A DNA stretch of 64,000 bases from Candidatus Melainabacteria bacterium GWF2_37_15. Its GTDB lineage: Bacteria; Cyanobacteriota; Vampirovibrionia; Gastranaerophilales; UBA9971. Each line of letters starts with the position of its first letter. Position 1 is the first letter of the stretch. The notes under the pieces were generated by a model. The model was not told where the DNA came from and did no database searches. It saw only the letters and a list, made by a program, of their open reading frames with translations. Location: NCBI GenBank assembly GCA_001784565.1, contig MFRL01000090.1, positions 6,378 to 70,377 of the forward strand, written 5' to 3'. This document shows, piece after piece, positions 18,966 to 29,457 of this stretch. The position numbers and the translations under genes are program-made.

Positions 18966-19647
18966 TAACCGCTTCTCCTTTAATATACTCAATTCTATTA
19001 TTGTATTCTTTTACTAAAAACTTATAGAAATTGTCTGATACATCAGGGTTTTGATTCCATTTATGTGCCAGTTTTATAAAAAACTCCATTTCATAATGAT
19101 TTATAATAGCATTTTGTGCCATGGTTTCTTCATTCATCATATAGTCTTCATGTTTTAATTCTCTTGAGCATAAAGAATAAGCAGGACTTTCATTTACCCG
19201 CTTATGCTCTTTTTCAAACACAAGGTGAGGATCTTTTAGTATTACCTGATCTCTTTGGGCATCATATCCCACAGGCCACGCTCTACAATTAATTGGCCTG
19301 ATACTGTAAATGCTGCATCGACTTATAATGCCTGATAATTCTTCTGAACCCAGCTCTTTTGCGTTCCATTCACGCAAGAACATACATTTCGACGAACCCG
19401 GGAAATATTTGCTTTCTTCATATTTCAAAGTAAGTTCAAAATACAGCTCTTCACCGGTGTCCGTAAATATAAATATTGGCTCAATATTCTCAAGCTGCTT
19501 TGCCTTTTCCTTATCAACCTTTATAACAGAGAGAATGAAGAATATATCAACGTTCAACGCTTCACAAATCCGTATTATATCGCTGCCCCATATTACAGGG
19601 TTATATCTTCTACAGCATCCTGCGTGACAGCTTTTACACAGCTCCAT
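18952..19647 (-). CDS. YkgJ/UPF0153-like Cys-cluster protein, tandem copy 1 of 3
   Basis: MELCKSCHAGCCRRY...RCSIYSIRPINCRAWP. Overlaps the tyrA stop by 14 nt. Confidence 0.75.
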   Translation of the reverse strand: MELCKSCHAGCCRRYNPVIWGSDIIRICEALNVDIFFILSVIKVDKEKAKQLENIEPIFIFTDTGEELYFELTLKYEESKYFPGSSKCMFLREWNAKELGSEELSGIISRCSIYSIRPINCRAWPVGYDAQRDQVILKDPHLVFEKEHKRVNESPAYSLCSRELKHEDYMMNEETMAQNAIINHYEMEFFIKLAHKWNQNPDVSDNFYKFLVKEYNNRIEYIKGEAVNGAM

Positions 19648-20395
19648 AGTCTGCTCCTTTATTTTTTAGATATTTGATGAATTCTTCCAATGTTTCCAGC
19701 ACGTTTGCCTTGTTTCCTGACAGGATATCTGCTGCGAGCTCAGAGTTGGTATGTGCAAGACGTGTCATGCTCCTGAATCCGCTAGCTGCAAGCTCCAGAG
19801 CAAGTTCAGAATTTGTATGGTTCTGTACAAACCCCAGAAGCGTCTGACTTAGAAATAATGGCATATGACTGATAAGCGCAACTGCTTTATCGTGTTCATA
19901 CGGATCAGCAATGATTACTTTCGCACCCAGCTCGTTTATGATTTGCTCAAGAGTCTGCATATCATTAGAACAAGTTTGTTTTGAAGGTGTTAATACCCAT
20001 TTTGCCTCATTAAAAAGTGTTGCAAATGAAGCATCAAGCCCTTTATGCTCGGTACCTGCCATAGGATGGCCACCAATAAAATTAATGGGCAAAGAGTTTT
20101 CATTCACAAAATCCATAATAAACCCTTTAATACTTGCCACATCCGTTATTATTGCATCGGGTTTTGCTGTTTTTGCTACTTCTTTTATTGTATCTATAGT
20201 TATATTTATAGGCGTACAAATAAATATCACATCCGCTTCATTAATTGACGTGCCGGAAATAAGACCCTGCTCTAAAGCTTTTTTAACTGTTTCCGGGTTT
20301 CTTGAAGTTCCGACAAGATTATATCCTTTATTTTTAAGCCCTTTAAGTATTGATCCGCCAATAAGTCCCAATCCAATTACAGCTATTATTTTCAT
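19634..20395 (-). CDS. tyrA: prephenate/arogenate dehydrogenase
   Basis: N-terminal Rossmann IAVIGLGLIGGS, and GGHPMAGTE typical of the TyrA family. Confidence 0.85.
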   Translation of the reverse strand: MKIIAVIGLGLIGGSILKGLKNKGYNLVGTSRNPETVKKALEQGLISGTSINEADVIFICTPINITIDTIKEVAKTAKPDAIITDVASIKGFIMDFVNENSLPINFIGGHPMAGTEHKGLDASFATLFNEAKWVLTPSKQTCSNDMQTLEQIINELGAKVIIADPYEHDKAVALISHMPLFLSQTLLGFVQNHTNSELALELAASGFRSMTRLAHTNSELAADILSGNKANVLETLEEFIKYLKNKGADYGAV

Positions 20396-20407
20396 AAACT
20401 CTTAACC

Positions 20408-21013
20408 TCATTGTGCTGCCAGCCATTGCAGGGCAATTCTTATGATTTCTTCTGTATCATTTTTATTTGGAGTTCTTTTTAAAGCTTCTGACACTTCATT
20501 TTTTGTATAACCCAGGGACAATAGAACAGTTTCAGCTTCTTCTGTTTCTGGTGTTATAACTGAATCAGCTACTTTAGCAGGCACCCTGGTTCTCCAGCCG
20601 GTCATTTTATCTTTTAATTCCAGTATTATTTTCGCTGCAAGTTTTGGACCAACGCCCTTTGCCTTTGAAATAGCCTTGTCATCGTGAGTCAAAACAGCGT
20701 TTACAACACCATACGCGCTAAGTTCCCCCATTATTGCCAAAGCAGCTTTCGTTCCAACACCTGAAACAGTTATTAACAGGTTAAATAAATCCCTGTCTTC
20801 TCTTGAATCAAAACCACAGAGTGACATGGAATCTTCCCTGTGTATTAAAGAAGTGTAGATAGTAACATTTTCACCTTCATTCGGAAGTGAAGCGATAACT
20901 CTTTTATTTGTGAAAATCAAATAGCCTATATTGTTTACTTCAACAGTAATATTACAGCCGGTCGGGCTGTCTTCGACTTTCGAGATAAGCTGTCCTTTTA
21001 GGTAATTAATCAT
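20408..21013 (-). CDS. ruvA: Holliday junction branch migration complex subunit RuvA
   Basis: MINYLKG...V.V.N.GY start and HhH region LITVSGVGTKAALAI...GVGPKLAAKI. Confidence 0.9.
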   Translation of the reverse strand: MINYLKGQLISKVEDSPTGCNITVEVNNIGYLIFTNKRVIASLPNEGENVTIYTSLIHREDSMSLCGFDSREDRDLFNLLITVSGVGTKAALAIMGELSAYGVVNAVLTHDDKAISKAKGVGPKLAAKIILELKDKMTGWRTRVPAKVADSVITPETEEAETVLLSLGYTKNEVSEALKRTPNKNDTEEIIRIALQWLAAQ

Positions 21014-21068
21014 TTAATAATATTAACTCTTTTTATTTATATTAGACAATAAAAATTTATCATATAAT

Positions 21069-21644
21069 ATGCTTATGGATCAGGAAAAAAAAGGTAAATT
21101 GTTCGTTATATCAGGACCGTCAGGAGTGGGGAAAGGTACACTGGTTAACCTTTTAAAAATAAAACACCCTGAAATTATACTCTCTGTTTCTGCTACAACC
21201 CGAAAGCCCCGCCCAGGGGAAATTAACAGGCAACACTATTTTTTCGTTAAAAAAGAAACATTCCTCGACAGGGTAGAAAAGGGGAAATTTCTAGAGTGGG
21301 CTGAATTTGCAGGTAATTGTTACGGCACAGACACTGCATTTGTAGAAGAAAACCTGAATCAAGGCAAAGATGTCATTTTAGAAATTGATGTTAAGGGTGC
21401 ACTTCAGGTTAAAGAAAAAATGAACACTGCTATTTTAATTTTTATTGAGCCCCCCTCAATGGAAGAACTAAAATCCAGACTTTTCAAACGCAAAACAGAA
21501 TCAGAAGAGGAAATTCAAAAACGACTGGCTATTGTACAGAGCGAATTAAATCAAAAAAATAAGTTTGATTACATTATAATAAACAAGTATCTGAGCCCAG
21601 CGTATTCTGAACTGGAGAAGGTAATTTATGGCAATGACGAATAA
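21069..21644 (+). CDS. gmk: guanylate kinase
   Basis: P-loop GPSGVGKGT, then SATTR.PR.GE..G..Y.F. Confidence 0.95.
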   Translation: MLMDQEKKGKLFVISGPSGVGKGTLVNLLKIKHPEIILSVSATTRKPRPGEINRQHYFFVKKETFLDRVEKGKFLEWAEFAGNCYGTDTAFVEENLNQGKDVILEIDVKGALQVKEKMNTAILIFIEPPSMEELKSRLFKRKTESEEEIQKRLAIVQSELNQKNKFDYIIINKYLSPAYSELEKVIYGNDE

Positions 21645-22815
21645 AAAAATACTGATTGGAATAACCGGCGGTATCGCTGCATACAAAGTTTGCGAATTAA
21701 TAAGACTTCTGGTTAAAGCTGACGCTGATGTTAAAACGGTATTAACCCCGAATGCAAAGAATTTTGTTACTGAAACAACACTGAGAACTTTGACTAAAAA
21801 CCCAGTTTATACTGAGCAATTTAATGGGTTTGACTGGAAGCCGGAACACATAAATCTTGCTGATGAAGCGGATTTATTTGTTATTGCGCCTGCTTCTGCA
21901 AATACTATAGGGAAAATAGCGAACGGAATTTGTGACAATCTCCTGACTTCACTTGTTGCTGCATTTAATAAGCAGATAATACTTGCCCCGGCTATGAACT
22001 GTAATATGTGGAATAATCAATTTGTACAGGAAAACGTAAAAAAACTTGAAAATGCAGGTTTTTCTTTAATTCCCCCTGAAGAAGGCGACTTGGCATGCGG
22101 TTATGAAGGAGTGGGCAGGCTTGCTGATATAAATAAAATATTTAATAAAATATGCGAAGTATTTCAGGATAAACAAATTCTAAAAGGTAAAAAAATATTA
22201 GTCACAGCAGGTGGCACAAAAGAATCAATTGATCCGGTAAGGTTTATCGGAAACCGCAGCTCAGGGAAAATGGGCGTTGCCATTGCGGATGCGGCCTGGA
22301 ATTATGGCGCTGAAGTCTGTCTTATCTCAACTTTTAAAACAGATAAACCTTATAGAGTAATTACTGTTGAAAGCGCTCAGGAAATGCGTGATGCCGTGAT
22401 GAGAGAATTTCCTGATTTTGGCATGCTAATCATGGCTGCTGCGGTCGCTGATTATAAAGTAAAAGAATTTTCACAAAATAAAATTAAGAAAATTGACCAG
22501 GAAGAAATAAATATTGAATTAGTTAAAAATCCTGATATTCTAAGTGAAATAACTAAAATCAAATCCCCTTCACAAACAGTAGTAGGATTTTGCGCAGAAA
22601 CAGAAAACCTTAAAGAAAATGCAGTAAAGAAATTAAAGAGTAAAAATCTGGATTTTATTGTTGCCAATGATGTTTCAGGCCCTGAATCAGGATTTGAAAG
22701 TGATTATAATTCAGTCATAATAATAAATAAGGAAAACAACGACATCCAAACAACAGGCAAAATGCTTAAAAGCGAGATTGCAAAAATAATTTTGAAGAAT
22801 TCATTAAAAATTTAG
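21628..22815 (+). CDS. coaBC: bifunctional phosphopantothenoylcysteine decarboxylase / phosphopantothenate-cysteine ligase
   Basis: Flavoprotein N-domain (GITGGIAAYK) and DFP C-domain (VTAGGT.E.IDPVRFI.N.SSGKMG). Confidence 0.95.
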   Translation: MAMTNKKILIGITGGIAAYKVCELIRLLVKADADVKTVLTPNAKNFVTETTLRTLTKNPVYTEQFNGFDWKPEHINLADEADLFVIAPASANTIGKIANGICDNLLTSLVAAFNKQIILAPAMNCNMWNNQFVQENVKKLENAGFSLIPPEEGDLACGYEGVGRLADINKIFNKICEVFQDKQILKGKKILVTAGGTKESIDPVRFIGNRSSGKMGVAIADAAWNYGAEVCLISTFKTDKPYRVITVESAQEMRDAVMREFPDFGMLIMAAAVADYKVKEFSQNKIKKIDQEEINIELVKNPDILSEITKIKSPSQTVVGFCAETENLKENAVKKLKSKNLDFIVANDVSGPESGFESDYNSVIIINKENNDIQTTGKMLKSEIAKIILKNSLKI

Positions 22816-22831
22816 AAAATATAATTTAGAA

Positions 22832-22840
22832 TGCTATAAT
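22832..22840 (+). promoter_or_regulatory. extended -10 promoter TGCTATAAT upstream of the RHH-PilZ pair
   Basis: TGnTATAAT match 35 nt before the ATG, followed by AAGGAG. Confidence 0.4.
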
Positions 22841-22874
22841 ATATAATTGAGAGGTAAAAAAGGAGAAGATTTTT

Positions 22875-23063
22875 ATGGCCAAGGTATTAATTTCAATGCC
22901 GGATGAATTTCTGGAAAGAATAGATAGTGTAGCAAATTCTGAGCAGCGCACAAGAAGCGAACTCATTAGAGAAGCGCTCAGGAATTATATTAGAAGAAAT
23001 AATCTGTACAATAGAGAATTAAGCGAACGAAGAGCAGAAATACTTGAAAATATGTTGGATTAA
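22875..23063 (+). CDS. ribbon-helix-helix (CopG/Arc-type) protein
   Basis: MAKVLISMPDEFLERID...RTRSELIREALRNYI is a classic RHH layout. 62 aa. Confidence 0.7.
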   Translation: MAKVLISMPDEFLERIDSVANSEQRTRSELIREALRNYIRRNNLYNRELSERRAEILENMLD

Positions 23064-23737
23064 TGTCGGAAGAAATTAACACATATATCAGGGAGTTAGC
23101 TCCTTTTAAAATTGAATTTGTGGATGAAAATGATAATTATCATAAGCTGGATAGTTATATAAAAGCTGTTGAAGACGATTATTTATTGATTTCACCACCT
23201 GATAATAGTGGGGTTTCTTGTAATATACAGGATAATTTGGAAGTAAATCTTATTTTTCCTCGAAATGATGGAATATTTATTGCTCAATGCGTAGTAATAG
23301 GTAAAGAATTGGGTAATAAACCCGGAATAAAATTAAGCTTTCCACATAATACCAGAGTGCTTGAAAGACGTGAATACGTCAGGATGCCCATGAAACTCAG
23401 GGTAGAGGTTAATTGTTATCTTGACAAAAGCTATATAGAAAAAAAAGCATTCTATGCTGTCACAAAAAACATAAGCGGAAGCGGAATAGCATTTTTCCAC
23501 AAACAACCTCTGGAAACCTATTTTGACATTGTATGTAAAATATACTTGAATGATGAAAATCATAAACCGGTGGAAACCAGAAATGATGTTGTTTATTCTC
23601 AAAAAGTAAAATTAAGAGATGAAATTTATTACCTGACAGCTTTATCATTTACATCTATCAGTGAAGCGGATTCAGCACGAATCATAAAAGAATGCTTCAA
23701 ATATCAGATAAATCACAAAAAAATTAAAAATTATTAA
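23063..23737 (+). CDS. PilZ-domain protein with YcgR-like N-terminal domain
   Basis: RxxxR (RREYVR) and (D/N)xSxxG (NISGSG) c-di-GMP motifs. TAATG overlap with the RHH gene. Confidence 0.75.
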   Translation: MSEEINTYIRELAPFKIEFVDENDNYHKLDSYIKAVEDDYLLISPPDNSGVSCNIQDNLEVNLIFPRNDGIFIAQCVVIGKELGNKPGIKLSFPHNTRVLERREYVRMPMKLRVEVNCYLDKSYIEKKAFYAVTKNISGSGIAFFHKQPLETYFDIVCKIYLNDENHKPVETRNDVVYSQKVKLRDEIYYLTALSFTSISEADSARIIKECFKYQINHKKIKNY

Positions 23738-23887
23738 CAAAGAGGTGAGGCGGATGGAATTTACAGGGTTTTTATTGTTATTAGCGTTAATTGACTTGGC
23801 ATTTTAAAAAATATTTTGTATCTCCCTTATGTTTGCCATATAATTATGCCTAGCAATAAAATATGCAAAATTATAAAGGAGATAATA

Positions 23888-24499
23888 ATGTCGAAGAGTC
23901 AATTAACTGCAAAAACAAGGAATAATTCACTAAACCCTAGACAACTAAGAAGCTCGGGTAAACTTCCTGCTACCCTATACGGTAAAGGAATGGATTCTGT
24001 TTCTTTGGAACTGGATTCCAAAGAGTTTGCTACTACATACAAAAAAGATAAAAATGCTATTTTTGAATTAAAAGTAGACAAGGAAATTTATAGCACTATT
24101 GTTAAAAAAGTACAGGTAAAAGCTATTAATGATAATTTATTAAATGTAGAATTCCAGCACATAAGAGCCGACGAAGCAATTAGAATTACAGTTGCTATTA
24201 AATTTGTAGGAGAATCTCCTGCAGTGAAAGCTGGAGGCGACTTAATAACAAACATTACAGAAATGGAAGTGGAATGCTTACCGGCAGATATCCCCTCAGC
24301 AATTGAGATTGACCTTTCAAAATTAAAAAATCTTGAAGATACTATCACAGTCGCAGATGTAAGTTATCCTAAAGGTGTTAAACCAATTGAGAATTCCAAA
24401 ACATTTATAGTGAAAGTGGCCACACCAAAGTCACTTGAGCAATTAGCAGCAGAAGAAGCGGCAGAGGCAGGCGAAACTACCAGCCAAGAAAGTGCTTAA
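23888..24499 (+). CDS. rplY: 50S ribosomal protein L25 / general stress protein Ctc
   Basis: R...G.LPA.LYGKG motif and an acidic C-terminal tail. Start moved to the ATG at 23888 (AAGGAGATAATA upstream). Confidence 0.85.
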   Translation: MSKSQLTAKTRNNSLNPRQLRSSGKLPATLYGKGMDSVSLELDSKEFATTYKKDKNAIFELKVDKEIYSTIVKKVQVKAINDNLLNVEFQHIRADEAIRITVAIKFVGESPAVKAGGDLITNITEMEVECLPADIPSAIEIDLSKLKNLEDTITVADVSYPKGVKPIENSKTFIVKVATPKSLEQLAAEEAAEAGETTSQESA

Positions 24500-24505
24500 T
24501 CTTAG

Positions 24506-26994
<2,489 letters not shown>

Positions 26995-26996
26995 AG

Positions 26997-27305
26997 ATGC
27001 TTGATCAAATAATCGAAGAATTAAACAATAAACTTTCAAATGCATTTGACGATTTTGAAGGCGTTTATTTATACGGTTCCCGTTTGAGAGGCGATTTTAA
27101 AGAAGATAGCGATGTTGATTTAATTGCAATATTCAAGCATGTTGACAGAGATAAAAGAATGAAAATCTGGCGTATAGTCGGATGGTTAGAATATAAATAC
27201 GATTTAATTCTTGATTTGCATCCAATGACAATTGAAGAACTGAAGCAAAATCCTTATCACTATGAACAAATAGTAGGTAAAGGTAAATTTTATGAAGCAG
27301 CATAA
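26997..27305 (+). CDS. MNT-type nucleotidyltransferase (HEPN/MNT module)
   Basis: GVYLYGSRLRGDFKEDSDVDL (GS-x-R-G...D-x-D). Starts 2 nt after the gyrB stop. Confidence 0.85.
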   Translation: MLDQIIEELNNKLSNAFDDFEGVYLYGSRLRGDFKEDSDVDLIAIFKHVDRDKRMKIWRIVGWLEYKYDLILDLHPMTIEELKQNPYHYEQIVGKGKFYEAA

Positions 27306-27693
27306 AGATATTTTAATTAGACAATCTTTTGAAAAAGCTGATGAAGCACTTTTAAGCGCAAAAATCAATATTGATAATAATATGTTAACTACTGCACAAA
27401 ATAGAATTTATTATGCTATTTTTTATTCAGTTTTGGCTTTAGGATATTATCGAAATTTTGTAACTTCTAAACATGGGCAACTTCTTGGCTGGTTTAACAA
27501 AACTTTTATTTATGAGGAAAATGTTTTTTCTCATGAGTTTTTTGAAATATATAAAGAAGCTTTTGAGAGTAGGAGAAAAAGTGATTATGAATTTTCCTGG
27601 AAACCAAACAGGGAAGACATATTATCAGATTTAGAATCAGCAAAGAATTTTGTACAAAAAATTAAAGAGTATGTAAGTAATCTGGATATTTAA
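27292..27693 (+). CDS. HEPN-domain protein (HEPN/MNT module)
   Basis: R-x6-H (RNFVTSKH) and RRKSDYEF motifs. 14-nt overlap with the MNT gene. Confidence 0.8.
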   Translation: MKQHKDILIRQSFEKADEALLSAKINIDNNMLTTAQNRIYYAIFYSVLALGYYRNFVTSKHGQLLGWFNKTFIYEENVFSHEFFEIYKEAFESRRKSDYEFSWKPNREDILSDLESAKNFVQKIKEYVSNLDI

Positions 27694-27702
27694 ATTACAA
27701 TT

Positions 27703-29412
27703 ATGGAAAAACTAACAGAAATCATAAATGTTGCAAGAGGAATTAAAAAAGCTGATCTTGTCCTCAAAAATGCAAAAATACTTAATGTTTTTACCGGTGA
27801 AATTCACGAAAATGATGTTGCAATAAAAGACAATATAATTGTTTCAATTGGAAAAGACTTATGCGGGCTTACAGAAATTGACATTGAAGGTAAATACCTG
27901 TCTCCTTCGTTTATAGACGGGCATATTCATATAGAAAGCTCAATGTTGTTGCCTCATGAATTTGCGAAAGCTGTTGTCCCAACAGGAACAACAAGTATAA
28001 TAGCTGACCCCCACGAAATAGCAAACGTTTTGGGCTTGCAGGGGATAAGTTTTATCAAGGAAACTACCGAAAAAATCCCTTTAGACGTGTATATTATGCT
28101 TCCATCCTGTGTTCCTGCGACAAACCTGGAATCTTCCGGTTCACAGCTCGATGCGGGATTACTTTCATTCATTGTAGACCAGCCATGGATTCTCGGCCTG
28201 GCGGAGATGATGAATTTCCCCGGGGTTTTAAATAACGACGAGTCAGTTATAAAAAAATTAAAATTAGCTAAAAACAAGATAATGGACGGCCACTGCCCCG
28301 CATTAAAAGGCCAGGATCTATGCGCATATATTGCAGCAGGGATTAAATCCGACCATGAATGTACCAATGTCGAAGAAGCAAAAGAAAAACTAGCGCTTGG
28401 CATGCACATAATGATCCGAGAAGGCACAGTTGCAAAAGATTTGGATAGTATTTTACCGCTAATAAATGAAATCACCTCAAGAAGATGCTTTTTTGTAACT
28501 GATGACAGGTGTCCGCTGGACTTATACGACCATATAAACTCAATGGTAAGAAGGGCCGTTAAATCCGGCATTCCTCCAATTACTGCAATACAAATGGCAT
28601 CACTAAACGTTGCCGAATATTTTAAAATACCAAATAAAGGCGCAATTGCACCGGGTTATATTGCAGACATGCTGATTTTTGAGGATCTTACAGAATTTAA
28701 ACCGGAAATGGTATTTAAAAGCGGTAAACTAGTTGCTAAAAATGGCATATTCTTGCAGGAAGATATTAATTATGAGATCCCAAATGTCAGAAGGTCTGTA
28801 AACGTTAAATGGATTGAACCTGATGATTTTAAAATTAAGGCAGAATCCGACAGGGTTAAAACCATTAATATAAGGCCTCAACAGCTTATAACTGACATGA
28901 CTGTAGAAAATATAATAGTCAAAGATGGCTATGCAGAAAGTAATTTAGAGAATGATGTCCTCAAAATTATAGTTATAGAAAGACATAGCGCAAGCGGAAG
29001 CATGGGTAAAGGTTTTGTAAAAGGCTTTGGATTAAAGAGCGGAGCTATAGCATCTACAATTGCGCATGATTCCCATAACATGGTAGTTATTGGTACAAAT
29101 AATAAGGATATGTGCCAGGCTGCGATTGAGCTTGTTAAGTCGCAGGGCGGAAAAGTCATTGTAGAAAACGGAAAAGTCCTGGAAAAGCTTCCATTACCGA
29201 TAGCGGGCTTGATTTCAGACAAAAGCGCGAGTTTTGTTGTTGATAAGATAAAAAGCCTTTCCGCTATATTAAAACAGCTAGGATGCGCTGTTGAAGACCC
29301 TTTCATGCAAATGGCTTTCCTGTCACTGCCTGTTATACCTGAAATTAAAATTACTGATAAAGGGTTAATTGACGTAAATAAGTTTGAGATTACCAATCTT
29401 TTCGTGGTGTAG
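27703..29412 (+). CDS. ade: adenine deaminase
   Basis: Amidohydrolase motif SPSFIDGHIHIESS. Length of 569 aa and overall pattern typical of Ade. Confidence 0.9.
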   Translation: MEKLTEIINVARGIKKADLVLKNAKILNVFTGEIHENDVAIKDNIIVSIGKDLCGLTEIDIEGKYLSPSFIDGHIHIESSMLLPHEFAKAVVPTGTTSIIADPHEIANVLGLQGISFIKETTEKIPLDVYIMLPSCVPATNLESSGSQLDAGLLSFIVDQPWILGLAEMMNFPGVLNNDESVIKKLKLAKNKIMDGHCPALKGQDLCAYIAAGIKSDHECTNVEEAKEKLALGMHIMIREGTVAKDLDSILPLINEITSRRCFFVTDDRCPLDLYDHINSMVRRAVKSGIPPITAIQMASLNVAEYFKIPNKGAIAPGYIADMLIFEDLTEFKPEMVFKSGKLVAKNGIFLQEDINYEIPNVRRSVNVKWIEPDDFKIKAESDRVKTINIRPQQLITDMTVENIIVKDGYAESNLENDVLKIIVIERHSASGSMGKGFVKGFGLKSGAIASTIAHDSHNMVVIGTNNKDMCQAAIELVKSQGGKVIVENGKVLEKLPLPIAGLISDKSASFVVDKIKSLSAILKQLGCAVEDPFMQMAFLSLPVIPEIKITDKGLIDVNKFEITNLFVV

Positions 29413-29442
29413 CCTTAACATTATTACCCTTTCTGAAAATAT

Positions 29443-29451
29443 TGCTATAAT
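29443..29451 (+). promoter_or_regulatory. extended -10 promoter TGCTATAAT ending 6 nt before the maf ATG (possible leaderless mRNA)
   Basis: TGCTATAAT-AATCCC-ATG with no SD between them. Confidence 0.4.
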
Positions 29452-29457
29452 AATCCC

